From Caecitellus pseudoparvulus (Eukaryota > Protista > Bigyra: Bicosoecida): a stretch of DNA of 64,000 bases. The position numbers and the translations under genes are program-made. Location of the stretch: positions 248,001-312,000 of the forward strand of contig CBFFRQ010000042.1 of assembly GCA_965644315.1 (NCBI GenBank). Direction: 5' to 3'. Positions 22,801 to 33,210 of this stretch are shown here, piece by piece. Under the pieces are notes generated by a model. That model saw only the letters and a program-made list of their open reading frames with translations, was not told where the DNA came from and made no database searches. How positions within the stretch are numbered: the stretch's first letter is position 1; the number at the start of each line of letters is the position of its first letter.

Positions 22801-25205
22801 CCGCCCGATGGCGGGGGTCCACGAGGTGTCGGCGTGGCCTTGCCGCCCGATGGCGGGGGTCCACGAGGTGTCGGCGTGGCCTTGCCGCCCGATGGCGGGG
22901 GTCCACGAGGTGTCGGCGTGGCCTTGCCGCCCGATGGCGGGGGTCCACGAGGTGTCGGCGTGGCCTTGCCGCCCGATGGCGGGGGTCCACGAGGTGTCGG
23001 CGTGGCCTTGCCGCCCGATGGCGGGGGTCCACGAGGTGTCGGCGTGGCCTTGCCGCCCGATGGCGGGGGTCCACGAGGTGTCGGCGTGGCCTTGCCGCCC
23101 GATGGCGGGGGTCCACGAGGTGTCGGCGTGGCCTTGCCGCCCGATGGCGGGGGTCCACGAGGTGTCGGCGTGGCCTTGCCGCCCGATGGCGGGGGTCCAC
23201 GAGGTGTCGGCGTGGCCTTGCCGCCCGATGGCGGGGGTCCACGAGGTGTCGGCGTGGCCTTGCCGCCCGATGGCGGGGGTCCACGAGGTGTCGGCGTGGC
23301 CTTGCCGCCCGATGGCGGGGGTCCACGAGGTGTCGGCGTGGCCTTGCCGCCCGATGGCGGGGGTCCACGAGGTGTCGGCGTGGCCTTGCCGCCCGATGGC
23401 GGGGGTCCACGAGGTGTCGGCGTGGCCTTGCCGCCCGATGGCGGGGGTCCACGAGGTGTCGGCGTGGCCTTGCCGCCCGATGGCGGGGGTCCACGAGGTG
23501 TCGGCGTGGCCTTGCTGCCCGATGGCGGGGGTCCACGAGGTGTCGGCGTGGCCTTGCCGCCCGATGGCGGGGGTCCACGAGGTGTCGGCGTGGCCTTGCC
23601 GCCCGATGGCGGGGGTCCACGAGGTGTCGGCGTGGCCTTGCCGCCCGATGGCGGGGGTCCACGAGGTGTCGGCGTGGCCTTGCCGCCCGATGGCGGGGGT
23701 CCACGAGGTGTCGGCGTGGCCTTGCCGCCCGATGGCGGGGGTCCACGAGGTGTCGGCGTGGCCTTGCCGCCCGATGGCGGGGGTCCACGAGGTGTCGGCG
23801 TGGCCTTGCCGCCCGATGGCGGGGGTCCACGAGGTGTCGGCGTGGCCTTGCTGCCCGATGGCGGGGGTCCACGAGGTGTCGGCGTGGCCTTGCCGCCCGA
23901 TGGCGGGGGTCCACGAGGTGTCGGCGTGGCCTTGCCGCCCGATGGCGGGGGTCCACGAGGTGTCGGCGTGGCCTTGCCGCCCGATGGCGGGGGTCCACGA
24001 GGTGTCGGCGTGGCCTTGCTGCCCGATGGCGGGGGTCCACGAGGTGTCGGCGTGGCCTTGCCGCCCGATGGCGGGGGTCCACGAGGTGTCGGCGTGGCCT
24101 TGCCGCCCGATGGCGGGGGTCCACGAGGTGTCGGCGTGGCCTTGCTGCCCGATGGCGGGGGTCCACGAGGTGTCGGCGTGGCCTTGCCGCCCGATGGCGG
24201 GGGTCCACGAGGTGTCGGCGTGGCCTTGCCGCCCGATGGCGGGGGTCCACGAGGTGTCGGCGTGGCCTTGCCGCCCGATGGCGGGGGTCCACGAGGTGTC
24301 GGCGTGGCCTTGCCGCCCGATGGCGGGGGTCCACGAGGTGTCGGCGTGGCCTTGCCGCCCGATGGCGGGGGTCCACGAGGTGTCGGCGTGGCCTTGCCGC
24401 CCGATGGCGGGGGTCCACGAGGTGTCGGCGTGGCCTTGCCGCCCGATGGCGGGGGTCCACGAGGTGTCGGCGTGGCCTTGCCGCCCGATGGCGGGGGTCC
24501 ACGAGGTGTCGGCGTGGCCTTGCCGCCCGATGGCGGGGGTCCACGAGGTGTCGGCGTGGCCTTGCCGCCCGATGGCGGGGGTCCACGAGGTGTCGGCGTG
24601 GCCTTGCTGCCCGATGGCGGGGGTCCACGAGGTGTCGGCGTGGCCTTGCCGCCCGATGGCGGGGGTCCACGAGGTGTCGGCGTGGCCTTGCCGCCCGATG
24701 GCGGGGGTCCACGAGGTGTCGGCGTGGCCTTGCCGCCCGATGGCGGGGGTCCACGAGGTGTCGGCGTGGCCTTGCCGCCCGATGGCGGGGGTCCACGAGG
24801 TGTCGGCGTGGCCTTGCCGCCCGATGGCGGGGGTCCACGAGGTGTCGGCGTGGCCTTGCCGCCCGATGGCGGGGGTCCACGAGGTGTCGGCGTGGCCTTG
24901 CCGCCCGATGGCGGGGGTCCACGAGGTGTCGGCGTGGCCTTGCCGCCCGATGGCGGGGGTCCACGAGGTGTCGGCGTGGCCTTGCCGCCCGATGGCGGGG
25001 GTCCACGAGGTGTCGGCGTGGCCTTGCCGCCCGATGGCGGGGGTCCACGAGGTGTCGGCGTGGCCTTGCCGCCCGATGGCGGGGGTCCACGAGGTGTCGG
25101 TAAGGTTGGCTGCTTAGCCCCTTGTGTGTGTGGAGGTGGTGGAAGGTGCTTTGTGCTGCCTTGCGATGTTGGTTTCGGGGGCTCGGCTGGAAGCTTGGGA
25201 GGCAT
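19821..25205 (-). CDS. Hypothetical proline-rich protein: about 64 x GGKATPTPRGPPPS, then disordered and coiled-coil regions
   Basis: 1794-aa ORF; this is the only frame that stays open for about 860 aa beyond the repeat; accATG start; coiled-coil-like segment AEAEALSERLRSQQIEWEQKVSRIQEQ. Confidence 0.7.
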   Translation of the reverse strand: MPPKLPAEPPKPTSQGSTKHLPPPPHTQGAKQPTLPTPRGPPPSGGKATPTPRGPPPSGGKATPTPRGPPPSGGKATPTPRGPPPSGGKATPTPRGPPPSGGKATPTPRGPPPSGGKATPTPRGPPPSGGKATPTPRGPPPSGGKATPTPRGPPPSGGKATPTPRGPPPSGGKATPTPRGPPPSGGKATPTPRGPPPSGSKATPTPRGPPPSGGKATPTPRGPPPSGGKATPTPRGPPPSGGKATPTPRGPPPSGGKATPTPRGPPPSGGKATPTPRGPPPSGGKATPTPRGPPPSGGKATPTPRGPPPSGGKATPTPRGPPPSGGKATPTPRGPPPSGGKATPTPRGPPPSGSKATPTPRGPPPSGGKATPTPRGPPPSGGKATPTPRGPPPSGSKATPTPRGPPPSGGKATPTPRGPPPSGGKATPTPRGPPPSGGKATPTPRGPPPSGSKATPTPRGPPPSGGKATPTPRGPPPSGGKATPTPRGPPPSGGKATPTPRGPPPSGGKATPTPRGPPPSGGKATPTPRGPPPSGGKATPTPRGPPPSGGKATPTPRGPPPSGSKATPTPRGPPPSGGKATPTPRGPPPSGGKATPTPRGPPPSGGKATPTPRGPPPSGGKATPTPRGPPPSGGKATPTPRGPPPSGGKATPTPRGPPPSGGKATPTPRGPPPSGGKATPTPRGPPPSGGKATPTPRGPPPSGGKATPTPRGPPPSGGKATPTPRGPPPSGGKATPTPRGPPPSGGKATPTPRGPPPSGGKATPTPRGPPPSGGKATPTPRGPPPSGGKATPTPRGPPPSGGKATPTPRGPPPSGGKATPTPRGPPPSGGKATPTPRGPPPSGGKATPTPRGPPPSGGKATPTPRGPPPSGSKATPTPRGPPPSGGKATPTPRGPPPSGSKATPTPRGPPPSGSKATPTPRGPPPSGGKADDDGIDREGCGHEGDVATPPEPLSGLSVAGAPSVGIGSDALSSPKVPKPQSGDISLRSVQSKEQTVEALDAELPTATLPPPGLVLIRNPSDPPDGKPPPPSGKRKGRDRIETPKSIPEEASLHVQSSPPLVNPESSSSLPDGFEGPMSSESDKLSGGHDAPMKPKKESTAILAKEQGDLEGLSGSPVGRLEQAPLGLEAPQSGQEQSLSAESTARSTLREVQRQRRASWSPRPLGFGALPGPPPPPGMGQRKPRLKDQAPSSLPRPRQQEKVQQSKGPLQSFKDVLASGFCVQDVQAEAEALSERLRSQQIEWEQKVSRIQEQYQALASIRKREHDEHLRRMKDASRQRTSQFLAFKESVLVQIRDAVREVQKITPVVALPAQSQSTTTTPVTDMASLAAPDSPKASPSTLEMASARPSETQRNEPHAPPSPGSRSSSSSSADTSPESSEDEAAFHPRPDPSFTQGEVRSSSPSRPSQRLWHSVGGHGKGGGIAFSPSRQHSQALRIPGLHAQGGQVKFVHQQTRVPGPTLRCSSGARPELAPSDAWQRLTDPAWRLPGSTARAITRHLPPPPFSEPWFAEAKAQGLASAPPPPPRWSPSQQRYLDIVHSARQSSPHRSFSPSSKAPHLDVLATPGTISGPASATAAAVAALASIAARSPPPPPPGETADILNSVRAAAAAVSGAVKDFREAKAKSPGQHISNGSGMDIHGSADPREHTSNGVARHASSPTHASLMRKYHAAKQLDALQQQQSARRALYTKHGERNVFFGKRHERPPSEEAARVHFAKRLYGELNRRELVVGGGDSHPRERALRKSPTKPRIAPTGQHLQESSSPLEVLARANFGISRPGTEPERAVPRKQGVH
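22423..25100. repeat. 42-bp coding minisatellite, about 64 near-identical copies
   Basis: Unit CCGCCCGATGGCGGGGGTCCACGAGGTGTCGGCGTGGCCTTG. Sequence lines recur every 420 nt. The only variant seen is C>T (Gly>Ser) in 8 units. Confidence 0.98.
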
Positions 25206-25716
25206 GGTGTTTGGGAGTACGGTTTGACGCGGAAGTTGGCTGTCGTGACTACCTGTTGATCTTTCGCCCCCCCGCGAGAGTGCTCAGGCTGAAAGGAAAG
25301 CCGAATGCTTGGGTGTTCGATCGGTGTATGCCTGGTTGAATGCGCATGCGCGCCGCACCAGCACTGTGTCAGCCAAAAGGCGTGTTGCAAGGGTGTGGTG
25401 TGAGTCAACACAGGGCGACGGGCAAGCCAACCAAGGAGAATTCGGAGCGTCAGATGCACCACGTGATGGCCATCATACGCTTCCACGCTGTTCCTTTAGT
25501 TCTTCTGGGTTTGCTCTGTCACGTTTTGTTGCCTGCAGGTGGACGCCTTCGTTCGCCTGGCTACACTGCTGGCAGACGCCCACATTCACCAACATATTGC
25601 CAAATTCCTCCGTAAGCCTCCCCTCAAACACCTCCTGGTACAGCAAGGGAACCTTCGCACTTGTCGTGTTCACTGTTCTCCAGCTAGGGCACAGCAACAG
25701 CGCGTGGAGGTTGACC

Positions 25717-26183
25717 ATGGCTCTGGCTGCTGGCGCACGGAGAGCTTTGCAGGCCTCGGCTGCGCGGAGGCTCATGCCTTGTGCTGGGCTGCACACATCT
25801 AGTGCTCTGGGTGGCAAACTTTCACCAGAGTACCCCGAGCACAGCGTCACGAAAAACAACTGGGTAGAGGTAGGTCCTCGGGAAATGCCGCATTTCCGCA
25901 GCCTCACGCGCAGCAACTCTGTCCCGCCCCGTTGCTCAGAAGAACGAAATCATTCGCGAGAATAAGTTCAGCACCTTTGAGTTTACATGGGGCAACGGAA
26001 TCAGCCTCTTGTTCCTCTTGGTCTTGCTCCCTTCAGGCGTTTACACGGTGTACCACGATGAGATGGTGCGTGAAGCTGTGCTGCTTGGGATATGGCACGT
26101 GCCTGTACGGATTGCCTTGCTCTTCACAGAAATTGAGGGACACAAAGTGCACCAACAGGGAGACATACAAGAGCATGTATTGA
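25717..26183 (+). CDS. NDUFB4: Complex I accessory subunit NDUFB4/B15-like
   Basis: Presequence MALAAGARRALQASAARR; introns 25870-25939 and 26066-26129; spliced KNNWVEKNEIIRENKFSTFEFTWGNGISLLFLLVLLPSGVY resembles plant/algal B15. Confidence 0.7.
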
Positions 26184-26208
26184 AGCCAAAATGCACCATG
26201 TCTAGCTT

Positions 26209-28263
26209 TCACTGGCCGGTTGTGCCGCTGCTGCCTCGGGACATGAGGGACATGAAAGCTTCTTGGGAGAGAGCCACGTTGCCGACTGTCTTCATGCGTG
26301 CCTTTCCGCGTTTTTGCTTCTCCAGAAGCTTGCGCTTGCGTGTCATGTCGCCACCACCCACCGTCTTGCCGCTTTTGGTTAGCACATCCTTGCGGTAGGG
26401 CGGAATGCGTTCCCGTGCAAAGACCTTGGTACCCACAGCAGCTTGAATCACGACCTCAAACTGCTGCCGCTTGATAAGCGACCGAAGCTTACCTATGACA
26501 GCTCGCCCTTCTTTTTGCGCGCGGTCTCTGAAGGCCACAAAAGACAGCGCATCCACTGGGGTCTTGTTGATAAGAACGTCCACGCAAACAATGTCAGCGG
26601 GTCGGTATCCGGCAGGTTCGTAGTCAAACGTTGCGTAGCCCGCGGATACACTCTTCAAGACATCAAAGAAGTCACTCACGACTTCTGCCCATGGAAGCTC
26701 GTACGTAAGCACGACTCGCTGCGTGCTGCTGCTGGCCTCGGCAGCAGCCATGTAGGTTAGGTCCTCCTGCACTCCACGCCGGTCAAACATGAGACTCATG
26801 ACTGCCGCAAGCTTGTCTTCGGGTACAATCACGCGCGCCCTTACAATGGGCTCGCGATATTCGACAACTTCATGGGCAGGCGGGAACTCGGTGGGCTTCT
26901 CAACTGTCACCTCCTGTCCACCTCTAAGCGTGAGCTGGTACGGCACCATGGGCGCCGTGGCGATGACAGGCGTGTCGAACTCATCTTGCAGGCGCTGGTG
27001 GAAGACGTCCATGTGGAGCAGTCCTAGGAAACCACACCTGAGTCCGAATCCAAGAGCAGGGGAGGATTCCCGCGTGACGCTCACGCTGGCGTCATTGAGA
27101 GTCAGCCGCTCCACGGCAGTCTGCAGCCCTTCAAACTGAGACGTGTCCACAGGGAACATTGAGGCAAACACCATGGGCTTTGCGGGTTGGAATCCTGGGA
27201 GAGCAGCGAGAGCCCTGTCGCCCCCTGCCGCCTCCACTGCATCCAGGGACATAAGTGTGTCTCCAACGGGCGCTTGCTTGGTGCTCTTCATGCCCAGTAT
27301 GACGTAGCCAACTTGGCCAGCTGCCAAGCGTGCAGACGGGGCCACCTTGGCCTTGGCAGGCCCACTCGACGTTGCAACGGGCACTTTCCGTGGGGTCATG
27401 AGACCAACTTCTTGCACTTCGTAGGAAGAGCCGGAGTGGGCCATGACCACCCTGTCCCCCACCCGCAGAGTGCCATCCACCACCTGCAGGAGGCAGACGA
27501 CCCCTCTGAAAGTGTCAAACCAAGAGTCTACAAGGAGGGCCCGCAAGGGAGCCTGTCTGCCAGCAGACACGGGGCTGCCCAGGCGGCTGATAACAGCTGG
27601 CAGTATCTCACCACAGCCATCCCCCGACTTGGCAGAGGTCCAAATAACCTCCTCGGGCGGAATACCGAACGCAGCTTCAAGGGCTTCCAGTGCAGGCTCT
27701 GGGTCAGCTGTGGGCAGGTCGATTTTCGTGAGCACTGGGACGATGGACAAGCCCGCGTCCCGGGCCGCGTGGTAATTCGCAACTGTCTGAGCTTGTACAC
27801 CCTGGGCGCAGTCGACGAGGAGGAGCGCTCCCTGGCACGCTGCCAAGGACCGGGATACTTCGTGGCTGAAGTCTACGTGGCCAGGTGTGTCAACCAGGTT
27901 CAGCAGGTACCGTAGGCCGTCAGTGTGGGTGTGCAGCATGGAGGCGGTTTGGGCCTTGACCGTGATACCGCGCTGGCGCTCAACGTCAAGACTGTCAAGG
28001 ACTTGCTCCCCCCCCTTCGTGACTTTTGGAATGTTGCCGCTCATTTCCAGCAGGCGGTCTGACAGAGTAGACTTGCCGTGGTCAATGTGAGCGATGATGC
28101 AGAAATTGCGGGTACGTTCCAGCGGCACGTCCGCATGCCCCTCCAGCAGCTCTTGCTCCCCCGGGTGCAGCCCACTCACCGCGAACCAGCGGCGATGCAA
28201 CGCGAACAATGGCATTGCGTGACGCTGCACTGTGGGGGCTGCCCGGCGCAGGGCGGCAAGCAT
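26209..28263 (-). CDS. GUF1: Mitochondrial translation factor GUF1 (EF-4/LepA)
   Basis: RNFCIIAHIDHGKSTLSDRLL, ERQRGITVKAQT, DTPGHVDFSHEVSRSL, GFLGLLHMDVF, RKLLEKQKRGKARMK. Confidence 0.97.
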   Translation of the reverse strand: MLAALRRAAPTVQRHAMPLFALHRRWFAVSGLHPGEQELLEGHADVPLERTRNFCIIAHIDHGKSTLSDRLLEMSGNIPKVTKGGEQVLDSLDVERQRGITVKAQTASMLHTHTDGLRYLLNLVDTPGHVDFSHEVSRSLAACQGALLLVDCAQGVQAQTVANYHAARDAGLSIVPVLTKIDLPTADPEPALEALEAAFGIPPEEVIWTSAKSGDGCGEILPAVISRLGSPVSAGRQAPLRALLVDSWFDTFRGVVCLLQVVDGTLRVGDRVVMAHSGSSYEVQEVGLMTPRKVPVATSSGPAKAKVAPSARLAAGQVGYVILGMKSTKQAPVGDTLMSLDAVEAAGGDRALAALPGFQPAKPMVFASMFPVDTSQFEGLQTAVERLTLNDASVSVTRESSPALGFGLRCGFLGLLHMDVFHQRLQDEFDTPVIATAPMVPYQLTLRGGQEVTVEKPTEFPPAHEVVEYREPIVRARVIVPEDKLAAVMSLMFDRRGVQEDLTYMAAAEASSSTQRVVLTYELPWAEVVSDFFDVLKSVSAGYATFDYEPAGYRPADIVCVDVLINKTPVDALSFVAFRDRAQKEGRAVIGKLRSLIKRQQFEVVIQAAVGTKVFARERIPPYRKDVLTKSGKTVGGGDMTRKRKLLEKQKRGKARMKTVGNVALSQEAFMSLMSRGSSGTTGQ

Positions 28264-28486
28264 GGCGCCGCTGCAAGCCAGTGAGCTGGCTGTTCGGCGA
28301 GACTCCACCCGGGCCAAAGCAGAAGACACAGGCCACACGGCAGGTCAAAAGAGTAATCTTCGAGGAGGGGTACTCAAGTGGGACGGAAATTGTGTGTGCT
28401 CTGCTACTTGTGCGCTGGCATGGTGCCCTGCTGTGGAAGTGCAGCGTTTCCCTTGCGTTTCAAGCTCTTGCTCACGTGCATTGCGA

Positions 28487-31000
28487 CTAGCCTTCATAGC
28501 GCTCCACAGTCTGCTTCACAATCTGCGTGTAGGTCTCAGTGTGCTTGGTGACTTCGTCTTCCTTCGTGACGAGACCACGCTTGATGCGCAGCTCCTGCAC
28601 CTCTGCCATCCAAGCCTTGCGAGAAGCCATGTGAGCCCTGTACTTGTCGCGGGCTCGGCGCCTGCGGCAGAGTTTGAGCAGTTCGCGTCGCTCCCGTTCC
28701 TCCTTCTCTTCAGCTTCAAACTGGGCCAGGCGAGAGGGCATGTCTGCGATGACCTGCTTCTTCACCTTGGCGGAGAGCAGCGTCGGGCGAGGCCGCCAGC
28801 TCAAGTCGTACAAGCATGGAAAGTTCTCATGCGTCAAGCTTTCGCCCTGGCATGACCACAGTCTGTAGCCATTGTTCACCGTCAGTTTCATGCTTCCGTG
28901 GTCAGTCATGGGCTGCGCCTTGATGGAGGCCACCACGCGGCCGGAGGGGTCCCACTTGATGTCAGAGCACTGCATGTGGTTTGCGGTGGCGTAGCTCTCC
29001 TGGTGCTCCACGTCGTAGAACTCCAGCTCGCCACCCATGTCTCCCAGACCAGCCAGGACGCAGGTCTTGCCGTTCGGGGACCAGAACACCTTGCAGCACG
29101 TCTTGCGTGGAAGGGTGAACAGCCACTCTGCCTGCTGGCCGGTTTCCGCTGCGGCTCCATCAGTTGCAGCGGCAGTCGAGCTGGGAAGGCTGTAGAACGA
29201 GACATCATAGTGCGCAGGGCCGCGTCCATGCACGATGGCGAACCGTGTGCCATGCGGTTCAAAGTCCAGGCTGACCACCTTGCCGGCTACCTGCAGTGTG
29301 GTGGTGGGGATGCTGCGCTCCTGCACCCTGAAGAACTCAAAGGAGGTGCCGTGGGGAGCTTCCTGCACCTTCTTCAGCAGATCATCCAGCTTTTCGGTGT
29401 TGTCGCTGGCCAGGTACCGCTTGCGGTACTTGGCTTGTGCCTTGGTGAGCATGGTGGCCTGGACACAAAAGAACTTGCCCTGTGGGTGCCACTGGGTGGT
29501 CATGTTCTCCACGTTGAACAGTTGCTTTGTCCTCAGGACATCTCGGGAGGGAATGTCCATCAGCGTGATTGTGGCAGGCTTGTCGCCCTCCTCAGGCACA
29601 ACCCACGTGAGGTAGTTGACCTTGGGGTGGGGGCACCAGGCCAGTTGCTGCGCACCAGGTGCGGGAATGGAGCGCTTCTCGAGCAGCCCCATGCCCGGGG
29701 GCACATACACTCGGATCAAGTCGCGATCAGTGGTGTAGTCAACGTCGAGGCGGGCCACAAAGTTGCCGTTGGGGGACCACTTGGCGTCGCACTCGCCCGT
29801 CGCCAGGTTGACCTGACGAAACGCGCGCAGCTCAGCCCCTGTGCGCACATCCCACACGATGTAGGCGCGGTCAGGCGCAGCGTTGTCCTTGATGCCGTTC
29901 CACGTGGCAATCCACCGTTCGCAGGGGGACATGTACACAGACTCAACCGCCGGGTGAGCGAAGCGCCGGCACTCCTGGAAATCAGGGCCACCCCACAGGA
30001 GCACACCCTGAGGGTGCTGCGTGATCACATAAGTACCCTGGGGAGACCACGTGGCCTGCTGCTCGGTCCACGAGCGCCCCTCCTCCACCATGCGCCCTCC
30101 ATTGTGCACGAACTCCACTTCCCCCTCCACACTGGCGAAGGAGACCTCGGTGCCATGCCTCACATTGGCGCCAGCTCCCTCCGAGAATCTCAGCAAGAAT
30201 TGGTCCCGGTGTGCAGGGTCCTTGATCCAGCTCCACAGGTCAGGGCGGGGCTGCCAAGGGGCCTTGATGGGGTCCTCCAACTCCTCCGACAGCTGGTCGA
30301 AGCGGTTGAGGTCCTCGTACCGGTTCACCACGAGGGTGTGCTTTGCGTCGAACTTCATGCCATCTGTGGCCTTGAGGGCCTTCTCTGCCTCTTGCATGTC
30401 CTTGTACTCCACAAATGCAAAGCTGCGAGCGTTGTGCAGGGCCGGGTGTACGCTCAGCGGGGGAACGCAGACCACCACCGGCAGCAACTCACCCCGTCGT
30501 CTTGCCAGCAGCTTCGTCCTTGACGAGGTACAGGCCGGATGGCTTCATGGCAGCAACCTGGAGGCAAGAAGAGGCACTCGGTGTACGGCCGCCGTGCGGG
30601 CAGCAGGGGTGGGCACCCCTCAAACTGGGTGGAAACGCCGCTGTCCATGTTCCGCGCCCGCAAGCATTGGCTCAAGTACGTACGCCAGCAAAGATCCTGC
30701 CAACAAAGGTGCTGAGCTTGTCGAACTTGCTCAGAGGGGCAATGGGCAAGCCATCCACCACGAGCACGTTCATGAAGTCCTGCACGAGACAGGAGGGAGA
30801 CCAGTCAGTGAAGCGCTGGTGCAGTGCAGTGCCGCACGGCCATCCCAGGCACACACCAGCTGCGGGCCGGCATCCTCGCCGATGCTGGGCTCTGTGTCCG
30901 AAATGTAGCCGTCCAGGGCCTCAGCTTCCTCAAGCGTCAAGCCAGCGGCTTCGATCTCGCTGGGTGTCAGCTTCAGACCCGCACCGTCAGCCTGCGCCAT
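28487..31000 (-). CDS. EIF3B: Translation initiation factor 3 subunit B
   Basis: Introns 30780-30856, 30558-30683, 30423-30492. RRM (LVVDGLP..FAFVEY..KFDAKHTLVVN), then WSPQGTY, GVLLWGG, FWSPNG, WDPSGR, WRPRP. Confidence 0.95.
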
Positions 31001-31238
31001 GGTGCTGAGTCGTGCTGCGAGGGCGACGGCAATGCCTCCAACGACGCGGATTTAGCGGTGGATTCAAATAGGCAGGGGGGGGGAACAGTGCCCAATGAGT
31101 CACAATTTATTTGTGACCCTGGGCAGGGTGTGGGGGATGGCTCTCTGCCCTCCTCTCGTTTCGCTCCGCCCCCCCCAAGCACGCAAGCACGAGGTTGTGC
31201 GCTACCAAGCGCAGCCCTCACCCGGGAAGCTTGCGCGC

Positions 31239-33089
31239 ATGGCGGACAGTGGGCTGGGGGGGCTCTTTGATGACGAGGCTCCCATCATCCCCGCCCATGC
31301 TGTCCGGCTCAGCGCCTTGTTCGAGGACGATGCTGGCCAAGCGGCTGAGCACGCTAGCAGCCAGCGTGAGGCTGGCCCACGCCAGCCAAGTGCCAGCAGC
31401 GGTCAACAGCGCCATCAGGCACGGCAAGACTTCACGTTCGTGGCGCCAAGACACCCTAGCCGGGCCCTTGGTAGTAGAAGCGCAAGTCTTCGGGCGCTGC
31501 TTGATGAGGAGGAGGAGCCTGGTGCACCCTGGCGTGGTGGTGGAGAATCCACAGCTGCTGCAGCCGCCCAGCCCGCTGCCGGCCAAGCCAGCGTGCATGC
31601 GCCCCTGCAGTCCTTATTTCCCGATGATTCGCATCAAAGCATGAAGGCTGCTGTGTCTGCAGCCCTAAGCACCACGGCAGTGACTTCCAGCGCAGCTGCC
31701 AGCTTGCCAGTGCGAGAGCTGGCAGAGCGGGTGTGGAGTGCTTTTGCCTCGTCCAAGTACTTTCCCCGATTAGTGGAGAGCATCGAAGATTTCGCCTGCA
31801 CTGAACTTGCCAGGCTGTCCAAGGCCCAGCACCAACCACCTCTGCCCGCTGGGCACTCCGCAGCAGACGCCATGACACGGCCGTGCCCAGAGTCGGATGC
31901 CATGGCAGACAGAGTGCTGGCATTTGTCGCTGATTGCGTGGAGGCTTGCCGTGAGTGCCCTGTGTTCACGAAGCCTCCTCCCGCGTGGGTTCGCCACGGC
32001 CTGCAGCATGGGCAGGCCAGGGCGCCGAGGGCAGGCTCTCCTTCCACCAGCTCAGCCTCTGGCGGGGGCCCGGACTCGGCGGGCCACAGCATGGCATCGT
32101 CCGGACGCCTGACGGCGTTCAGTGCCGTTCCGACGGTGAACCTGCGCAGCGAAAGCCCCCCCATTGTGCCAGCAGGCCGCCTGGCGCCAGACCCAGTCGC
32201 CCCTTCCGCTGGCGCTAGGTCCCTGCACACTGCTCGGCGCGCGTCTGCCAGCCAGGAGATGCTTGCCCGCACACGCCCAGTGCGCGCAGGGGACGACCCC
32301 TTGCGCGCCCTGCCCGGTCATGACACACACAGGTCCGCTTCCTTGTCCGGAAGGAGGGCTACGGGGCGCTCCCGTGCCGTAGAAAGGTCGGCCCGTGCGG
32401 CAGGCAGGCAGCCTGCGGCCCCTCACGCCTTGCCAGGCACTGCCGCCACGTCTGCTGCACCTGTGCTCCCAGGCACAGGGCCTGGGCCTGCCCCCCGCCC
32501 TCGCTCTCAAAGTGACTACAAGCCACCCCTAGAAGTTATGCTCCACGCTGAGCAGCAGATTTCTGCCATCTTGCTGCAGCAGCTCCACCCGCACATCATC
32601 GGCGCCAGCGCAGTGGACAGGGCTGCAGACGCCGCCTTCTCGGCTCGAGTGGCCAAGCTGCAGTGGCTGACCTTTGACCACTTATCCCTCCCTAGTGAAG
32701 CTCGCAATGAAGTGGTGCTGAGCATGTCCCAAGGGGAGCTAGCAAAAATTGACAGTGTCATTAGTCCGGCGGAGAAGCTGCAGTGCGTTGTGGCGGCAGC
32801 CGATGTTCTGTTCAAGGCGTTGAACATCATGATGCGCAGCCGTGATGTGGCCAGCGCTGCTTCGGCTGATGACTTCCTGCCTGTGTTCATCGCAGTCGTC
32901 CTGAGGACGGCCGTGCCGAGGCTTGAGAGCAACTGTCGCTTCTTGGAGCGCTATGGCGGCCGTGGCGCCCTGCAGGGAAAGCCAGGCTACTGCTTTGTCA
33001 CCCTGCGGTCTGCCATGATGTTTCTTGTGTCTGTGGGGCCCGCCGATGTGAATGCGTCCGAAGAGGAGTGGGCTGCAGCAGGGATGTGA
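31239..33089 (+). CDS. VPS9-domain Rab5 GEF
   Basis: ELAKIDSVISPAEKLQCVV, SADDFLPVFIAVVL, LESNCRFLERY, GYCFVTLRSAMMFL. Confidence 0.88.
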   Translation: MADSGLGGLFDDEAPIIPAHAVRLSALFEDDAGQAAEHASSQREAGPRQPSASSGQQRHQARQDFTFVAPRHPSRALGSRSASLRALLDEEEEPGAPWRGGGESTAAAAAQPAAGQASVHAPLQSLFPDDSHQSMKAAVSAALSTTAVTSSAAASLPVRELAERVWSAFASSKYFPRLVESIEDFACTELARLSKAQHQPPLPAGHSAADAMTRPCPESDAMADRVLAFVADCVEACRECPVFTKPPPAWVRHGLQHGQARAPRAGSPSTSSASGGGPDSAGHSMASSGRLTAFSAVPTVNLRSESPPIVPAGRLAPDPVAPSAGARSLHTARRASASQEMLARTRPVRAGDDPLRALPGHDTHRSASLSGRRATGRSRAVERSARAAGRQPAAPHALPGTAATSAAPVLPGTGPGPAPRPRSQSDYKPPLEVMLHAEQQISAILLQQLHPHIIGASAVDRAADAAFSARVAKLQWLTFDHLSLPSEARNEVVLSMSQGELAKIDSVISPAEKLQCVVAAADVLFKALNIMMRSRDVASAASADDFLPVFIAVVLRTAVPRLESNCRFLERYGGRGALQGKPGYCFVTLRSAMMFLVSVGPADVNASEEEWAAAGM

Positions 33090-33210
33090 GCAATGCAGCG
33101 TCATGTGGTGGGCTTACTGTCGCGCCTTGCATTGTCAGCGAGGCTGCACGTGCAGCACCGACGCAGAGCATGCCATGCGACCAAACATGCAACGTGTTAT
33201 GAAGCTGCCC

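Noticed and set aside
22423-25100. CRISPR array or multi-frame overlapping genes at the 42-bp repeat
   Set aside because: There are no unique spacers and no cas genes. The 900-1039-aa ORFs in other frames exist only because the unit is stop-free, and they end at or near the repeat boundaries.
28898-30523. 541-aa + strand ORF and similar long antisense ORFs (e.g. 46829-48484, 60326-61330, 61317-62375)
   Set aside because: They are shadows of GC-rich genes on the opposite strand and have no motifs of their own.
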